Below, in pieces: positions 47,517 to 57,350 of a stretch of DNA of 64,000 bases. This DNA comes from a virus. Its lineage: Duplodnaviria > Heunggongvirae > Uroviricota > Caudoviricetes. The notes under the pieces are model-generated. The model saw nothing but the letters and a program-made list of their open reading frames with translations, was not told the DNA's origin and did no database searches. Location: IMG/VR virus record IMGVR_UViG_3300037483_001818; one strand, 5' to 3'. Position 1 is the stretch's first letter. The number at the start of each line of letters is the position of its first letter. The position numbers and the translations under genes are program-made.

Positions 47517-48269
47517 TCAGTATCGCGCCAGAGCTTCGCCACGCTTTAGCTGACCAAGCTCGCTCGGACTCAGCTTGCGACAACGATGACCTGACCCACG
47601 ACGTTGGATTCCGTGCTTCGTGCAGTACACGAAACCTTTCTCATCGAGGTGCGTGACAGGTTCCTCGCACGTTTTGGACATGTCGCACTTCAGGACACGG
47701 CCTTCAGCCGTTGTCACCGTCGCATGCGATCGCTTCGCGCGCGCTCGTTTGGGCTGCATCTTCGGCGAGTGCGGCCCGGCACCAGCGCCACCAGCATGTT
47801 TGGTGATCTCTGTCCGAGCACGCTGCCGCGATGAAAACGTGCCGAGATCAACCTCATTGCTAGGCCCCCAGGGCTTGTAGTCGACGCGATGTCCGGTCGG
47901 CACCGTAACGATCCAGTAGGCGCCGTCCCCGGTCCGAACGTCGGCAGTGCCGAGATCATGGGTACCGATGACAGCTGGCCACGCACTTCTCTTGCGAGCG
48001 TGCGCCGGTTTACGTGTTGCCGCCTCGACGGTTCGCTCGCCTGAGGCGGCACCCATTCGTGCCTGCGTCTTCTTCTCCCAGAACGGCTCGTACGCGAATG
48101 ACACATCAAGCCACCGCTTACCGTCGATGTTGCTCGTGAACGTCTGGAACTTGTACCCGTACTTTTTGACCGTCTCTCGCGCCGCGGGCGTGTCAAGGAC
48201 GTAGAGGTCCGACTCGTGGTGGTCGGTCGGGATCCCAGCTCGGACCAGGTCCTTGTAGAGGCTCGCCAT
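47517..48269 (-). CDS. three-module protein with basic HAR/HAT linkers and C-terminal Zn finger
   Basis: RKPAHARKR and RAKRSHATV linkers; C..C...YCTKH. Confidence 0.7.
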   Translation of the reverse strand: MASLYKDLVRAGIPTDHHESDLYVLDTPAARETVKKYGYKFQTFTSNIDGKRWLDVSFAYEPFWEKKTQARMGAASGERTVEAATRKPAHARKRSAWPAVIGTHDLGTADVRTGDGAYWIVTVPTGHRVDYKPWGPSNEVDLGTFSSRQRARTEITKHAGGAGAGPHSPKMQPKRARAKRSHATVTTAEGRVLKCDMSKTCEEPVTHLDEKGFVYCTKHGIQRRGSGHRCRKLSPSELGQLKRGEALARY

Positions 48270-48275
48270 GCGGCG

Positions 48276-48314
48276 ATGGTAACAAAACAACTGGAATTTC
48301 GTCCATTTTGTTGC
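48276..48314 (-). promoter_or_regulatory. third copy of repeated promoter
   Basis: (-) GCAACAAAATGGACGAAATTCCAGTTGTTTTGTTACCAT then ATG 48269. Confidence 0.65.
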
Positions 48315-48590
48315 CGTCGAAGCGGCCTCGCATGGTGGACGGTGGACGACGACCTTTCGCTGTTCGCACGGCACCACGTGTCCCGTCCGTCAGATCCCTT
48401 GTCCGTGACACGCGCGAGGCGGATCCTCTGCCGATGAAGTGCTCGAACTGCAAGGTCACGAAGCCGGCAACGCACTCACGCGCGGGAACGCGGCTCCCTG
48501 ATCCCCAGTGGTACATCAACACCGCAGGCATCATCGTGTGCTCGCCGTACTGCGCCGGTTTCATCGGCGGCCAGGATTGGAAGCCCGTCG

Positions 48591-48821
48591 TCACTCATTG
48601 ACAGCCTTCTTTCCCGCCGCCGTACGGCGGTACGCCCAGGCGCTACGCGTGTGGCCGCCCCGCAGCTGTCGTTCGGCAAGTCCTTTGCGAACCAGTTGCG
48701 CGAGGGTCGCGCTGTGATGCGAACCGTCGGTGCCGCCGAGCATCCTCGGGGTGCACCAGTAGTCGTCGGCCAGCTGGTGATACAGCAAATCACGCTGCCT
48801 CTGTGTCAACCGGATGGCCAT
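48591..48821 (-). CDS. small winged-helix-like protein
   Basis: LTQRQRDLL...TLAQLVRKGLAER...YRRTAAG. Confidence 0.6.
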   Translation of the reverse strand: MAIRLTQRQRDLLYHQLADDYWCTPRMLGGTDGSHHSATLAQLVRKGLAERQLRGGHTRSAWAYRRTAAGKKAVNE

Positions 48822-48829
48822 GACGGGTG

Positions 48830-49255
48830 TCAGACCGCCACGGTCTCGACGATGCGCACGACCCGCCACCGGAACTTCGCTGCCCAGCGATCGGCCGCGA
48901 GGTTCGGCTTGGGATCGCGGTGGTACTTCGAGAGCACGATCGTCCGATGCAGGGTGTTGTTGTCGAACAGGTCCTCGATCGCCTTCGCGCCCGTCTCGTC
49001 CGCGGGCCATGCACAGGTGTAGCGCAGCATGTCGATCGGGAACGGGCCCTTCCCTTCCACCACGAAATCGGTGCGGTAGAGGGTGCCGAGGTAACCCGTC
49101 TTTTCGGCCGCGCGCAGGTGCTCGGTGATCGCGCCGATGGCCTCCACATAGCTGTCGATGTCCTTCCAGTCGCGCCGGAACCTCTCCAGCACCGCGTAGA
49201 TGTCGATGCTGTCACCTTCCTCGTTGCACGTCGAACCAGTCTTCATCTTCGCCAT
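48830..49255 (-). CDS. hypothetical phage-type protein (FPIDMLRY motif)
   Basis: FVVEGKGPFPIDMLRYTCAWP. Confidence 0.6.
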   Translation of the reverse strand: MAKMKTGSTCNEEGDSIDIYAVLERFRRDWKDIDSYVEAIGAITEHLRAAEKTGYLGTLYRTDFVVEGKGPFPIDMLRYTCAWPADETGAKAIEDLFDNNTLHRTIVLSKYHRDPKPNLAADRWAAKFRWRVVRIVETVAV

Positions 49256-50220
49256 CAGGGTTTCCCTCGAAAGATCAGCGTGTCGTTCGCGAGTCCCGGA
49301 TGATCGTAATCACGCTCCACGGTGTAGCGCGGCGCAAACCAACGCTTGGAGCGGTAGTCCTGCACGTACTTCCATCGGATCCCGGATCTGCCCTCACCCA
49401 CGCGAAAGCGCTGGAGATGTCCCTTGACCATGGTGTCACCGAGAACGCGCTTGGACGGATCGATAGGGTCCTGCACTTCGGCTCGCAGTAACGGCGGCGC
49501 CTGTCCACGCGCACTGAGATCGCGCAATCGTACCTGTCGCGTCTTCGTCTTCTTGTCGAACTCGAAGCGCAGGGGACCATCGTCGATCTGTTCGAGCAGT
49601 CCAAAGATCACGAGAAAGCGCGCGGCTGCCTTCGCGTATCGTTGGTGCTCGAAGACGTCGACGCTCTCAAGCAAATCCGCTCCCCAATCTGGAGGGGGCA
49701 TCTGTTCGTCGAGATCTTCGCCGGTCCACACGGGCTGCCAACGCGCGATGAAATGGCGCTCTGGCCAGCATTGGCCAATGAGGACTATCGCAGGAAGCAG
49801 CTGTGGTGGCGTACGCTCAGCACCGGCCGCCTCGTACCAAGCAAGCGACACGACATCATCCCAGAGGCGCTCGCCAGTCTCCGGCCGACGCGCCTCGATG
49901 ATGCCGGGCGCACGTAAGAGCGGCGGGGGCTCTGATGGAATCGAACACAGATCGGTTTCCTCCACGACGCGACTTGCAGAGGGCCTTGTCATGTACGTTG
50001 CAGGCTGCCCGGCCGACTTGATTGCCAACACGCCGATCTTGGGGGCGAAGAGTGGATCCTCGTCGACAAGCTCCGTGCCGTAGTGAGCTGCGACGAGGGC
50101 TGCGCCTCGCAGGCCGATTGGGACATTTGACATCGGCGGAGCGCGCTCGACCATCTTTCGTAGCGGAGCGATCAGCTTCGTGATCGGCACAAACACGGTA
50201 TCGGTGTCGGTGATGCTCAC
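49255..50220 (-). CDS. hypothetical protein with C-terminal VKGHLQRF motif
   Basis: Long ORF; stop/start overlaps. Confidence 0.65.
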   Translation of the reverse strand: MSITDTDTVFVPITKLIAPLRKMVERAPPMSNVPIGLRGAALVAAHYGTELVDEDPLFAPKIGVLAIKSAGQPATYMTRPSASRVVEETDLCSIPSEPPPLLRAPGIIEARRPETGERLWDDVVSLAWYEAAGAERTPPQLLPAIVLIGQCWPERHFIARWQPVWTGEDLDEQMPPPDWGADLLESVDVFEHQRYAKAAARFLVIFGLLEQIDDGPLRFEFDKKTKTRQVRLRDLSARGQAPPLLRAEVQDPIDPSKRVLGDTMVKGHLQRFRVGEGRSGIRWKYVQDYRSKRWFAPRYTVERDYDHPGLANDTLIFRGKP

Positions 50221-50906
50221 GGCTCGTCTCCTTCTCCATGCTTCTTGTCACCGCTCGGCAGAAGCGACAGCAGCCGGCCCTCGGCGATCGATTGCAGCCC
50301 CGCCGCGCACACGACCCCGGTGACGAAGGCGTCGACCTCGGCCTTGGCCGCGGTGGTGATACGCGACGTCGCTTCCTGAAACTGCTTGACCACGAACGGC
50401 ACGTTCGAGGTGAGCTGATCTTCGATCACGTCGAGCGCGATCCGGATCTCATCCTTCGCCTTCGCGCCGAGCTTGCTCGTGAGTTCCTCGATCTTCTTGC
50501 GATACGTGCGCGCCTTCGTCTTGTACTTGTCGAGCGAGCCCGCGAAGTTCTCGCGAATGTGCTCGGCTTCGGTCGCGTGATCGGGCGGATCGGGGATGCG
50601 CTCTTTGCCGATGTGGCGAATCGTGCACGGGGTGCTGCTGCCCATGTTGAGACTCGTGATCATGTCGGCGAACTGCGCGGCAGACATCTCGACCTCGATG
50701 TGCTCGCCACGGAGGCTGCCGTGGTAGCGGTCGTGGTGCAGGCCGTGGATCCACTTCGCGGTACCGATCGACAGACGGATCGTACCGTAGTGGTTGGCGA
50801 GCGGAGAGCCGAACAGGCGCGTGGCACCGGAACCGCCGGTGATCCGCGAGATGCTCACCAGGCCGTAGCTCGGGTGCTCGCGCTCGAATTCGTCGTCTGG
50901 AAGCAT
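50217..50906 (-). CDS. hypothetical phage-type protein
   Basis: HPSYGLVSISR...LFGS...IEVEMSAAQFADMITSLN...PCTI. Confidence 0.7.
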   Translation of the reverse strand: MLPDDEFEREHPSYGLVSISRITGGSGATRLFGSPLANHYGTIRLSIGTAKWIHGLHHDRYHGSLRGEHIEVEMSAAQFADMITSLNMGSSTPCTIRHIGKERIPDPPDHATEAEHIRENFAGSLDKYKTKARTYRKKIEELTSKLGAKAKDEIRIALDVIEDQLTSNVPFVVKQFQEATSRITTAAKAEVDAFVTGVVCAAGLQSIAEGRLLSLLPSGDKKHGEGDEP

Positions 50907-50916
50907 GATCGTTCTC

Positions 50917-51276
50917 CTATCGGTAGGACTGCCACTGGTACGCGGCTTCGAGCTGCGCGGCGCGCTGAATGCGCTGCTTGTAGAACTCGTGGATGACGAG
51001 TGCAACTACGCGCGCCCTGAGCTGGTCGAGCGCGGGCACGTCCCACTGCGAACGAGGACCCGTACCACGGACGTCGTAGAACAGTCCCTGAAGCAGGGCC
51101 GTAGTACGGCACGTGAGGCGCTGCTTGTCCGTGTCGTCGGTCTTGCCGGCGTACCACCAGATGACCTCGGCGTCGCCGCGGAAGTCTTCGGGGACCCAGA
51201 CCGTCAGGGAGGAGAGCCCGATCGATTCGGGAAACGGATCGGGGATGACGTGACGCTTGGGGCCGTTGTTGATCAT
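50917..51276 (-). CDS. hypothetical protein
   Basis: GGAGG RBS; ATGA overlap. Confidence 0.6.
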   Translation of the reverse strand: MINNGPKRHVIPDPFPESIGLSSLTVWVPEDFRGDAEVIWWYAGKTDDTDKQRLTCRTTALLQGLFYDVRGTGPRSQWDVPALDQLRARVVALVIHEFYKQRIQRAAQLEAAYQWQSYR

Positions 51277-51575
51277 GTGGACGCCTCCAGCACTGCAAGC
51301 TGCCGCTCCTCGTGCTCCAGCTCAGGCGCGATGTTCCAGCCAGCTTCGAGCGCCTCGCGCAACCGCAGGACGTTCTCGCGGGTGTCGCGAAGCTGCCGGC
51401 GACGGCCCGCGGAGCGGCCCACGTAGCGCGGCGGGGGAGCGGGGCGGAGGTCGTAGATCGAGGTCGCGTCCGGGTCGGTCGGACCATCGACGTCGAAGCG
51501 GGGCCGAACGAAGCGGAGCGTGTCGGCCGCGTCGTCCGTCGTGTCGGTGTCGAACTGCATGGCGTTGGACTTCAC
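51273..51575 (-). CDS. hypothetical protein
   Basis: GTGA overlap. Confidence 0.55.
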   Translation of the reverse strand: MKSNAMQFDTDTTDDAADTLRFVRPRFDVDGPTDPDATSIYDLRPAPPPRYVGRSAGRRRQLRDTRENVLRLREALEAGWNIAPELEHEERQLAVLEAST

Positions 51576-51784
51576 GGTTCGCCTTGAGTAGCAACGAGCA
51601 TGTGGAGCGCCGCAAGCTGCGGCTCGGGCAGCTGCTCACGGTAATTGCGCAGCAAGTGCTGGGCTGTTCCGACGAGCAGCCGCCATTCGATCTGTGCGGC
51701 GTCTTTCGGACCTACGTGGTTGATCATGATCGTAGGACTCGGGCCCTCGTCGCTGTACAGCGTGACCTTGATCGAGGCGGTCAC
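51572..51784 (-). CDS. hypothetical protein
   Basis: GTGA overlaps. Confidence 0.55.
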   Translation of the reverse strand: MTASIKVTLYSDEGPSPTIMINHVGPKDAAQIEWRLLVGTAQHLLRNYREQLPEPQLAALHMLVATQGEP

Positions 51785-52185
51785 GAGAGCCTCACGTCGG
51801 CGTACATGTCCGAAGCACCGTGGAGCGCCGCGGAGCGGAACTGGAGCCCGAGGTCGGTGATCGCGACGCAGCTGTTCCAGCCCTGCTCACCGCGGGTCTC
51901 GAACAGCTGGGGCCACGCAATCGGCCACACGACGCCGCCATAGCTCACCAGGCGCACGTCGACCTCGCCGTCGACCACGTACAGCGTGAAGTGGCTCGAC
52001 GGCTCCCACTCCGCATCGTACGAGCCGACGTCTTCACCGAGCGAGTTCATCTTGCGACGCCAGCTCGGATCGACCTCACCGCCAGTGATCGTCCACTGCT
52101 CGCTACGGTACTGGCGACCGTCGTCGCCTTTCCACGCGCGCGTGTTGCCGAGCGTCATCCGAATGCCTGTGTTCGTTCCCTTCAT
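51781..52185 (-). CDS. hypothetical protein
   Basis: ATGA overlap. Confidence 0.6.
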   Translation of the reverse strand: MKGTNTGIRMTLGNTRAWKGDDGRQYRSEQWTITGGEVDPSWRRKMNSLGEDVGSYDAEWEPSSHFTLYVVDGEVDVRLVSYGGVVWPIAWPQLFETRGEQGWNSCVAITDLGLQFRSAALHGASDMYADVRLS

Positions 52186-52514
52186 GGCGTCACCAGTCCT
52201 TGTCCCCACGAGAAGTGCAAGAGGAGCCCTTCGCTCCAGCGCCGCTCGATGTCGGCCTTGAGGAAGTTGCCGGCCGACTCGTGGACGGAAGCGTCGTTTG
52301 CGAGGATGTGCGCGGGCGGCAGCTCGCCGGTTTCCGCGCATTCCAGGAGCTGCTTGTAGCAGACGTACACCGGGCCGAACGGTTCGTCCCGATCGAGGCT
52401 TGCGAACGGCAGCGTGAGCAGCGATCGAGCGATCGCCTCGCGCACAAAGCACTCGTGCTGGTTGCGTTGGCCGCTGAGATCCATGCGCAAAGCCGCGCGC
52501 TTGCCGCGGCTCAC
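52182..52514 (-). CDS. hypothetical protein
   Basis: GGAGG RBS; GTGA overlap. Confidence 0.55.
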   Translation of the reverse strand: MSRGKRAALRMDLSGQRNQHECFVREAIARSLLTLPFASLDRDEPFGPVYVCYKQLLECAETGELPPAHILANDASVHESAGNFLKADIERRWSEGLLLHFSWGQGLVTP

Positions 52515-52678
52515 GAGCGTCCCTCCGGCATGTGTGCGTGCTGGACGACGTGGATGCGGCCCCACTGCATGAAGGCTGCGCACCAGCCGATCGTGAACGC
52601 CTTGCGGTGCTGGCAAAGACCGTTCAGCAGGTTGGAGCGTGCGTGCCGCGTGGCAGTTTTGATCTGGGCGGGGGGCAT
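52511..52678 (-). CDS. small protein, first gene of sigma54-type operon
   Basis: ATG 14 nt after -12 GC. Confidence 0.55.
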   Translation of the reverse strand: MPPAQIKTATRHARSNLLNGLCQHRKAFTIGWCAAFMQWGRIHVVQHAHMPEGRS

Positions 52679-52690
52679 GCTCAGTTGTAG

Positions 52691-52706
52691 TGCGAACCGC
52701 GCGCCA
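52691..52706 (-). promoter_or_regulatory. sigma54-like promoter
   Basis: TGGCGCG-CGGT-TCGCA, identical to 43342-43357. Confidence 0.7.
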
Positions 52707-52744
52707 GGCGGCGCTCGCGGCAAGTATGCGATTGCACTCGGCGT

Positions 52745-52791
52745 GGGTAGGAATTTACCCGTATCTCCACGCCCTGGGTAGCCCGATACCC
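52745..52791. promoter_or_regulatory. pair of GGGTA-N6-TACCC palindromes
   Basis: 52745-52760 and 52776-52791. Confidence 0.8.
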
Positions 52792-52948
52792 GAATACCGA
52801 TCGTGTCGACCGTTGTCGCTGTCGCGTGTCGCGTTGTCGCGGTGTCGTACCTGTGCGGCGGTAGCCGCGGATCTTCCTCTTGCCTTTCTCGCCCCCGGTA
52901 CCACAAAGTGATGATGGGTCCGTGGCACTGCGTGCCGAAAGGTTGGTC

Positions 52949-53506
52949 ATGAACGATCGGATACATGGAGGCGTGCGGAGTCGTGTTGCTTGCAGGAGCA
53001 TTGCCCTGCTGTTTGTACTGTGCAGTGTTGGCTGCGGCAGTGGCAACGACACGCAAGACGGTGGCTCATGCCCCCAAAAGCCTGAGCTGTGCGACGGAGA
53101 CGCTCCGTTCTACTTGGTCGGCTGTGATTGCCGAGAGTCTGAGACACTGGCGTATACGTGCACGTGTAGCGATGGCACGGTAACGGGCACGGTCACTTGC
53201 GAGGATGGCTGCTACGGGCGCTGTAAACGCAATGGAACCACTTGCGCCAAGGACGACTTGACTCCTGCCCCTGTCGACGCTGGACTTCAAGTGGATGCCG
53301 ATCCGACTTGTGCCGGGTACGAAGGATGGCTTGGTACTCGGTATTATTGTAAGGCCATTGGTGCTCCGTCCGGCACTGACTGCGAAATAAACCAGCTCGT
53401 GCCTGCCTCGGGGGTTTGTTCTATCACTGGCGCGAACTGTCCTTTGTGCCCTGCTCCATCAATGACCCCCATGGGCTTCACCTGCCAAAGCATTATTTGC
53501 ATGTAA
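52949..53506 (+). CDS. Cys-rich lipoprotein
   Basis: IALLFVLCSVGC-GSG lipobox; many Cys; VDAG...DAD linker. Confidence 0.65.
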   Translation: MNDRIHGGVRSRVACRSIALLFVLCSVGCGSGNDTQDGGSCPQKPELCDGDAPFYLVGCDCRESETLAYTCTCSDGTVTGTVTCEDGCYGRCKRNGTTCAKDDLTPAPVDAGLQVDADPTCAGYEGWLGTRYYCKAIGAPSGTDCEINQLVPASGVCSITGANCPLCPAPSMTPMGFTCQSIICM

Positions 53507-53570
53507 CGGAGTGCGCGCAGTTCAGAGCCCATAACGCGGCGTTCGAGTCCCGTCGACCCTTGGCGAACCG

Positions 53571-54020
53571 TCAGTACGGCTCGACGGCGCGCCAGACACT
53601 GGGCAGCTTGATGCCCATCTCTCGCGCTGACTCCCACGCGGCAAGCGCGCGCTTCGACACCACCTGGCGAGGCGGCACGAGAGCGCGCCAGAGCGCGCGC
53701 ATGAATGCAGCGAGCCCCGTGAGACCGCGGAGCGCGTCCTCGACGCGGGCGACAACAGCCACCGTCAAGAAAGCGATCGCGCGCGCGAGCGGCGCACTCT
53801 TGCGCGGGCGACGCGCCAGCGTGACGAATTCCTGGGGCTCGAACGTCGCGGCGATGAGCCCTTCAGACGTCGTCATCCGACCGTTGCGGCAGCGGGGGAG
53901 CGCTCGCCCACCTGCGCCGATGCGCGTGACGCCGATCTGGGCCTGCCACAGCACGCGATCTTCGGCGCCGATGCCCTGCCCGATCGCCTCGAGTCCCACT
54001 GCCATGATCATCGCGTGCAT
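53571..54020 (-). CDS. hypothetical protein
   Basis: GAGGAAGG RBS; weak sigma54-like CGGCATC-CCCT-TTGAA at 54033-54048 with the same spacing. Confidence 0.5.
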   Translation of the reverse strand: MHAMIMAVGLEAIGQGIGAEDRVLWQAQIGVTRIGAGGRALPRCRNGRMTTSEGLIAATFEPQEFVTLARRPRKSAPLARAIAFLTVAVVARVEDALRGLTGLAAFMRALWRALVPPRQVVSKRALAAWESAREMGIKLPSVWRAVEPY

Positions 54021-54272
54021 GCCTTCCTCTAGTTCAAAGGGGATGCCGCCCCGAGCTCCGCGCTACCCCTGGTACGCGCCGCGGCACTCGTCCAGGTTCA
54101 TCGTTCTGCCGATCAAGACCGAACCGTTTTTCACGAGCGGGCCAAACATCCAGAACATCCCGCGCTCGCGCTCCAACGGCGCGCCGCCGTTCCACTGGTC
54201 CTCGGGGCGCCGTCCGAGGCCGCCTCTGATCGAGCCCGATCACGAGGCCGTCCGCCACGAAGGAAACTGAGC

Positions 54273-54635
54273 ATGCGTTACATCGACGACAAACCGAACG
54301 GGATCATCCTCAACCACACGGCGGAGTGGAACGGCGCGGTGCGTATCGCCTGGTACATTCCCAGCGAGCGCCGCGATCCCGGACCGACACCTCCGTCTCT
54401 GCGCGAGTGTTGGTGCAGCGGTCCTGATCTCGTTGCCGGTCGCTTCACCCCCGTGAGTGCGGCTGACCGACAAGTCTTACGGACCAGCGAGCAGCCTTCC
54501 CGCGGTGTCGAAGTTTCCGAGCCGCCGGTCAATGTCATCACACGCGCCGTGGCACTCGCGGTCGAGACATATCTGCGCTCCAAGTTGGCACGCTTCCTTG
54601 ACGACGACCTCTTCATCCCACGGGGCACGCTGTGA
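54273..54635 (+). CDS. hypothetical protein
   Basis: AAGGA RBS; start of long rightward operon. Confidence 0.6.
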   Translation: MRYIDDKPNGIILNHTAEWNGAVRIAWYIPSERRDPGPTPPSLRECWCSGPDLVAGRFTPVSAADRQVLRTSEQPSRGVEVSEPPVNVITRAVALAVETYLRSKLARFLDDDLFIPRGTL

Positions 54636-54907
54636 AGTTCGACCTGATCCGACTCGGCGAGCAGCTCGCCGAAGAGAACAACGCGGCACACGACCTGTGG
54701 TCTTGGCTGCCCTCCCACGCGATCGCCGAGAAGCACCATGGCGACTACGCCTCGGAGCACTGCCCGAGCAACGCCGACGTAATGAAGGAGGCCGCCATGT
54801 ACCTGGGGCATCTGAAGCACCCCGAGGTCGCGCTGACGCCCGAAGAGCAGGAATGGTTCACAAACTGTCCATGCGGGGACGACCACTCTACGGAGAAGGC
54901 TCCGTGA
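54632..54907 (+). CDS. hypothetical protein
   Basis: GTGA overlaps. Confidence 0.6.
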   Translation: MKFDLIRLGEQLAEENNAAHDLWSWLPSHAIAEKHHGDYASEHCPSNADVMKEAAMYLGHLKHPEVALTPEEQEWFTNCPCGDDHSTEKAP

Positions 54908-55095
54908 CCAAGATCGATCAAGAGCACGCGCAGAAAGCGCTCCAGCACGTGCGCAGCGCCATGATCGCCAACAAGCACGGGGCACCGCCCGGCCCTGCGC
55001 TTGAAGCCGCCGAAGAAGCCTTGCTTCGGATGCTGTTCTCCGAAGAGGAGGTCGTCGAATACCTCCAGTCACTCGGCGCGCAGGTGTACCGATGA
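54904..55095 (+). CDS. hypothetical protein
   Basis: Overlaps at both ends. Confidence 0.55.
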   Translation: MTKIDQEHAQKALQHVRSAMIANKHGAPPGPALEAAEEALLRMLFSEEEVVEYLQSLGAQVYR

Positions 55096-55388
55096 TCCGC
55101 GAAGCGGCGACCGCCGGCCTCGCCACGTGCCACTGCTGCGATCAGGGCTTCCGCCGCGTGGCCGGGATCCATATCGGCAGTCAGCGCCTGGGGATGATCT
55201 CAAACGAACCGTGCGCGCGGGTGTTCGCAACGTGCGACCAAAAGGCGCCGGACCTCGCACGTTCCTGGCTGGCCTGTGTCGATGGAGCCCCCCTTCGCAA
55301 AGGCAGCGGAGAAGTCCGTCGCTACACCTCAGCCTCGACGGCACGTCGTGCCGCTCGCAAGGCGGCACCGCGGAGGTGGCATCCATGA
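55092..55388 (+). CDS. hypothetical protein
   Basis: ATGA overlaps. Confidence 0.55.
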   Translation: MIREAATAGLATCHCCDQGFRRVAGIHIGSQRLGMISNEPCARVFATCDQKAPDLARSWLACVDGAPLRKGSGEVRRYTSASTARRAARKAAPRRWHP

Positions 55389-55846
55389 TCGATACGAAGA
55401 TGATCAAGCGCATCATTCAGGTCGCCTGGCACCGCAACGGTGTCGACGGCGGCGGTTTTCACGCGGTGATATTCACCCACGTGCTGCACATCTGCGCGCT
55501 CTGCGGCAGCGAATGGGGCTGGGGACCGATCGGCGCGACGATCAAGCAGCGGACCTGTAGGCTCGGTCAGGGTGACAAGAAGCACAAGGCCGCGGCGCGA
55601 CGGGTCAAGAAGGAAGTTCGGCTGCTCGGTATCGTCTACGACACGCCCGGATGCGTCTCGGTGCTTGACATCGACAAGCTGAGCGATCCGGCGATCGGCG
55701 TGGCATTCGGTGATTTCGGCGATGGCAACTCGTGGCGCGGAAGCCTATTCGAGGGCGAGCTCCGCGCCGCGATCAAAGCACACTCCAGCGACGGCTCGAC
55801 CCGCATTGGGCCGTTCGCTATCCCGACGAAAAGGCGCCGCCCATGA
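55385..55846 (+). CDS. hypothetical protein (AWHRNG...NSWRG)
   Basis: GGAGG RBS; overlaps. Confidence 0.65.
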   Translation: MIDTKMIKRIIQVAWHRNGVDGGGFHAVIFTHVLHICALCGSEWGWGPIGATIKQRTCRLGQGDKKHKAAARRVKKEVRLLGIVYDTPGCVSVLDIDKLSDPAIGVAFGDFGDGNSWRGSLFEGELRAAIKAHSSDGSTRIGPFAIPTKRRRP

Positions 55847-56040
55847 TCGAGATCGAACGCCTGATCAAGCGCCTGCTCGACAAGCACCAGACGATCCGCA
55901 AGGAACTCGGTGACCTCAAGAAGACCTATAACGGCAGCGTCAGCCTGCACTGCCAGAGCTTGAACGACCAATGCGATCTCCTGGAGGAAATCCTGGGAGT
56001 CCCGCGCTCGTATCCACGCGCTTCCCAGGAGGATCGATGA
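55843..56040 (+). CDS. hypothetical protein
   Basis: ATGA overlaps. Confidence 0.55.
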   Translation: MIEIERLIKRLLDKHQTIRKELGDLKKTYNGSVSLHCQSLNDQCDLLEEILGVPRSYPRASQEDR

Positions 56041-56345
56041 CGCGCTCTGAGTACCAACGGATCTGCGATCGAATGGCCCGCAAGGCGATCCGTTACACAG
56101 CGAAAAAGGTCATCGACGAGGAGCTGAACGATGACGTTGAGACGCAGTGCGAACGCTGGATCAACGCGTTTCTCGACGAACATTTGCCCGACATCGATCC
56201 AGACGTGCTGCTCGCCGTAACGCCCAACGCGGACATCTGGCTCAAGCTGCTTGTACCTGCTGATGCAGCAGTCGCAGCGTTCCAGGCAGATGTATGGGCC
56301 GCGCTCGTCAGGCCGGGAGTTCCACGCGCTGCGGAGGACCGATGA
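56037..56345 (+). CDS. hypothetical protein
   Basis: GGAGG RBS; overlaps. Confidence 0.6.
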   Translation: MTRSEYQRICDRMARKAIRYTAKKVIDEELNDDVETQCERWINAFLDEHLPDIDPDVLLAVTPNADIWLKLLVPADAAVAAFQADVWAALVRPGVPRAAEDR

Positions 56346-56917
56346 CCGGCCAGCAGAAGCGCTGGATCCACAAGGACGTTGCTTGTCGGCGCCACGTCGC
56401 CGAGGGCATCGTGCAGAGGATCTATGTCGCCGTGCAAATCGCCAAGCGCCAAGGACTCCACGGCGGCTACACCGTCGACCTCATCGAGCGGAGCGTCGGC
56501 CGCAACCTCACCGTCTACGAAAACAGCGTCGCGCACCTCGCTCGCGAGCACCTGGGCTACAGCAGCCCGCCGTGCGGCTACGGCGGTCCCAAACCGCGGG
56601 GTTCAGCGAAAGAACCGTCACGCGCGATCGACCGCGTAAAGGTCAACGAAGCCATGCGACTGGTCTCAGAGGGGGACGCGATCATTACCGACGTGCTCAA
56701 ACGAAGAAAGCGGTCCACCAGGTCCCGCAAGCCTTCGTTCAGCGTGCTCCTCAACAAAGCGGCGAACATCCTCAACGTCGCTGCGCGCGCATGTGCGAAA
56801 GCCGGCGCCTCGATCCGCGCCGGAACGCTTCGCGAGCGAGCGAAGTACGCACGGTGCGCCGACTTCGACATGCTGGCGCTCTACAAACACTACAACTTTT
56901 TTCAGGAGGACCGGTGA
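56342..56917 (+). CDS. basic hypothetical protein
   Basis: GGAGG RBS; overlaps. Confidence 0.6.
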   Translation: MTGQQKRWIHKDVACRRHVAEGIVQRIYVAVQIAKRQGLHGGYTVDLIERSVGRNLTVYENSVAHLAREHLGYSSPPCGYGGPKPRGSAKEPSRAIDRVKVNEAMRLVSEGDAIITDVLKRRKRSTRSRKPSFSVLLNKAANILNVAARACAKAGASIRAGTLRERAKYARCADFDMLALYKHYNFFQEDR

Positions 56918-57159
56918 TCGACCTCAGCCGCGCGCGCAACGGTTTCCGCGTCGGGGGCAGACTCCCGATCGCTGTTGTCGGCCAAGCCTACGACTTCATC
57001 ACGGTTCTTGAGCGCGTCGAGCCCGACATCCGGGGCGACAGCATCCCCGCGCGCTACGACTGCCGCTGCAATCGCTGCGGTGCGATCTTCGTAGCGAAGG
57101 GATCCGACGTGGTGCATCGCCGCGTCCGTCTCTGCTGTCAACCACGGAGGCGCACGTGA
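56914..57159 (+). CDS. stand-alone beta/Cys module like the N-terminus of phage HNH/AP2 proteins
   Basis: VGQAYDFITVLER...YDCRCNRCG...LCC. Confidence 0.5.
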   Translation: MIDLSRARNGFRVGGRLPIAVVGQAYDFITVLERVEPDIRGDSIPARYDCRCNRCGAIFVAKGSDVVHRRVRLCCQPRRRT

Positions 57160-57350
57160 AGTCCGACAAGATCTACCAGGTATCGATCCACTTCCGCGGC
57201 GGCGGCATGTCGCTCCGCTACGTGCAGGCCGACAGCGAGGACGAGGCGATCAGCAAGATCAAATCCGCGCTGGCTAACTTCGACTCCGGCCCCAGCGCAG
57301 ATGCCATGCGCCGGGGCATCGAGTCTGCCCGCGCCCAGACGGTGTCATGA
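57156..57350 (+). CDS. hypothetical protein
   Basis: VQADSEDEAI motif; overlaps. Confidence 0.55.
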   Translation: MKSDKIYQVSIHFRGGGMSLRYVQADSEDEAISKIKSALANFDSGPSADAMRRGIESARAQTVS

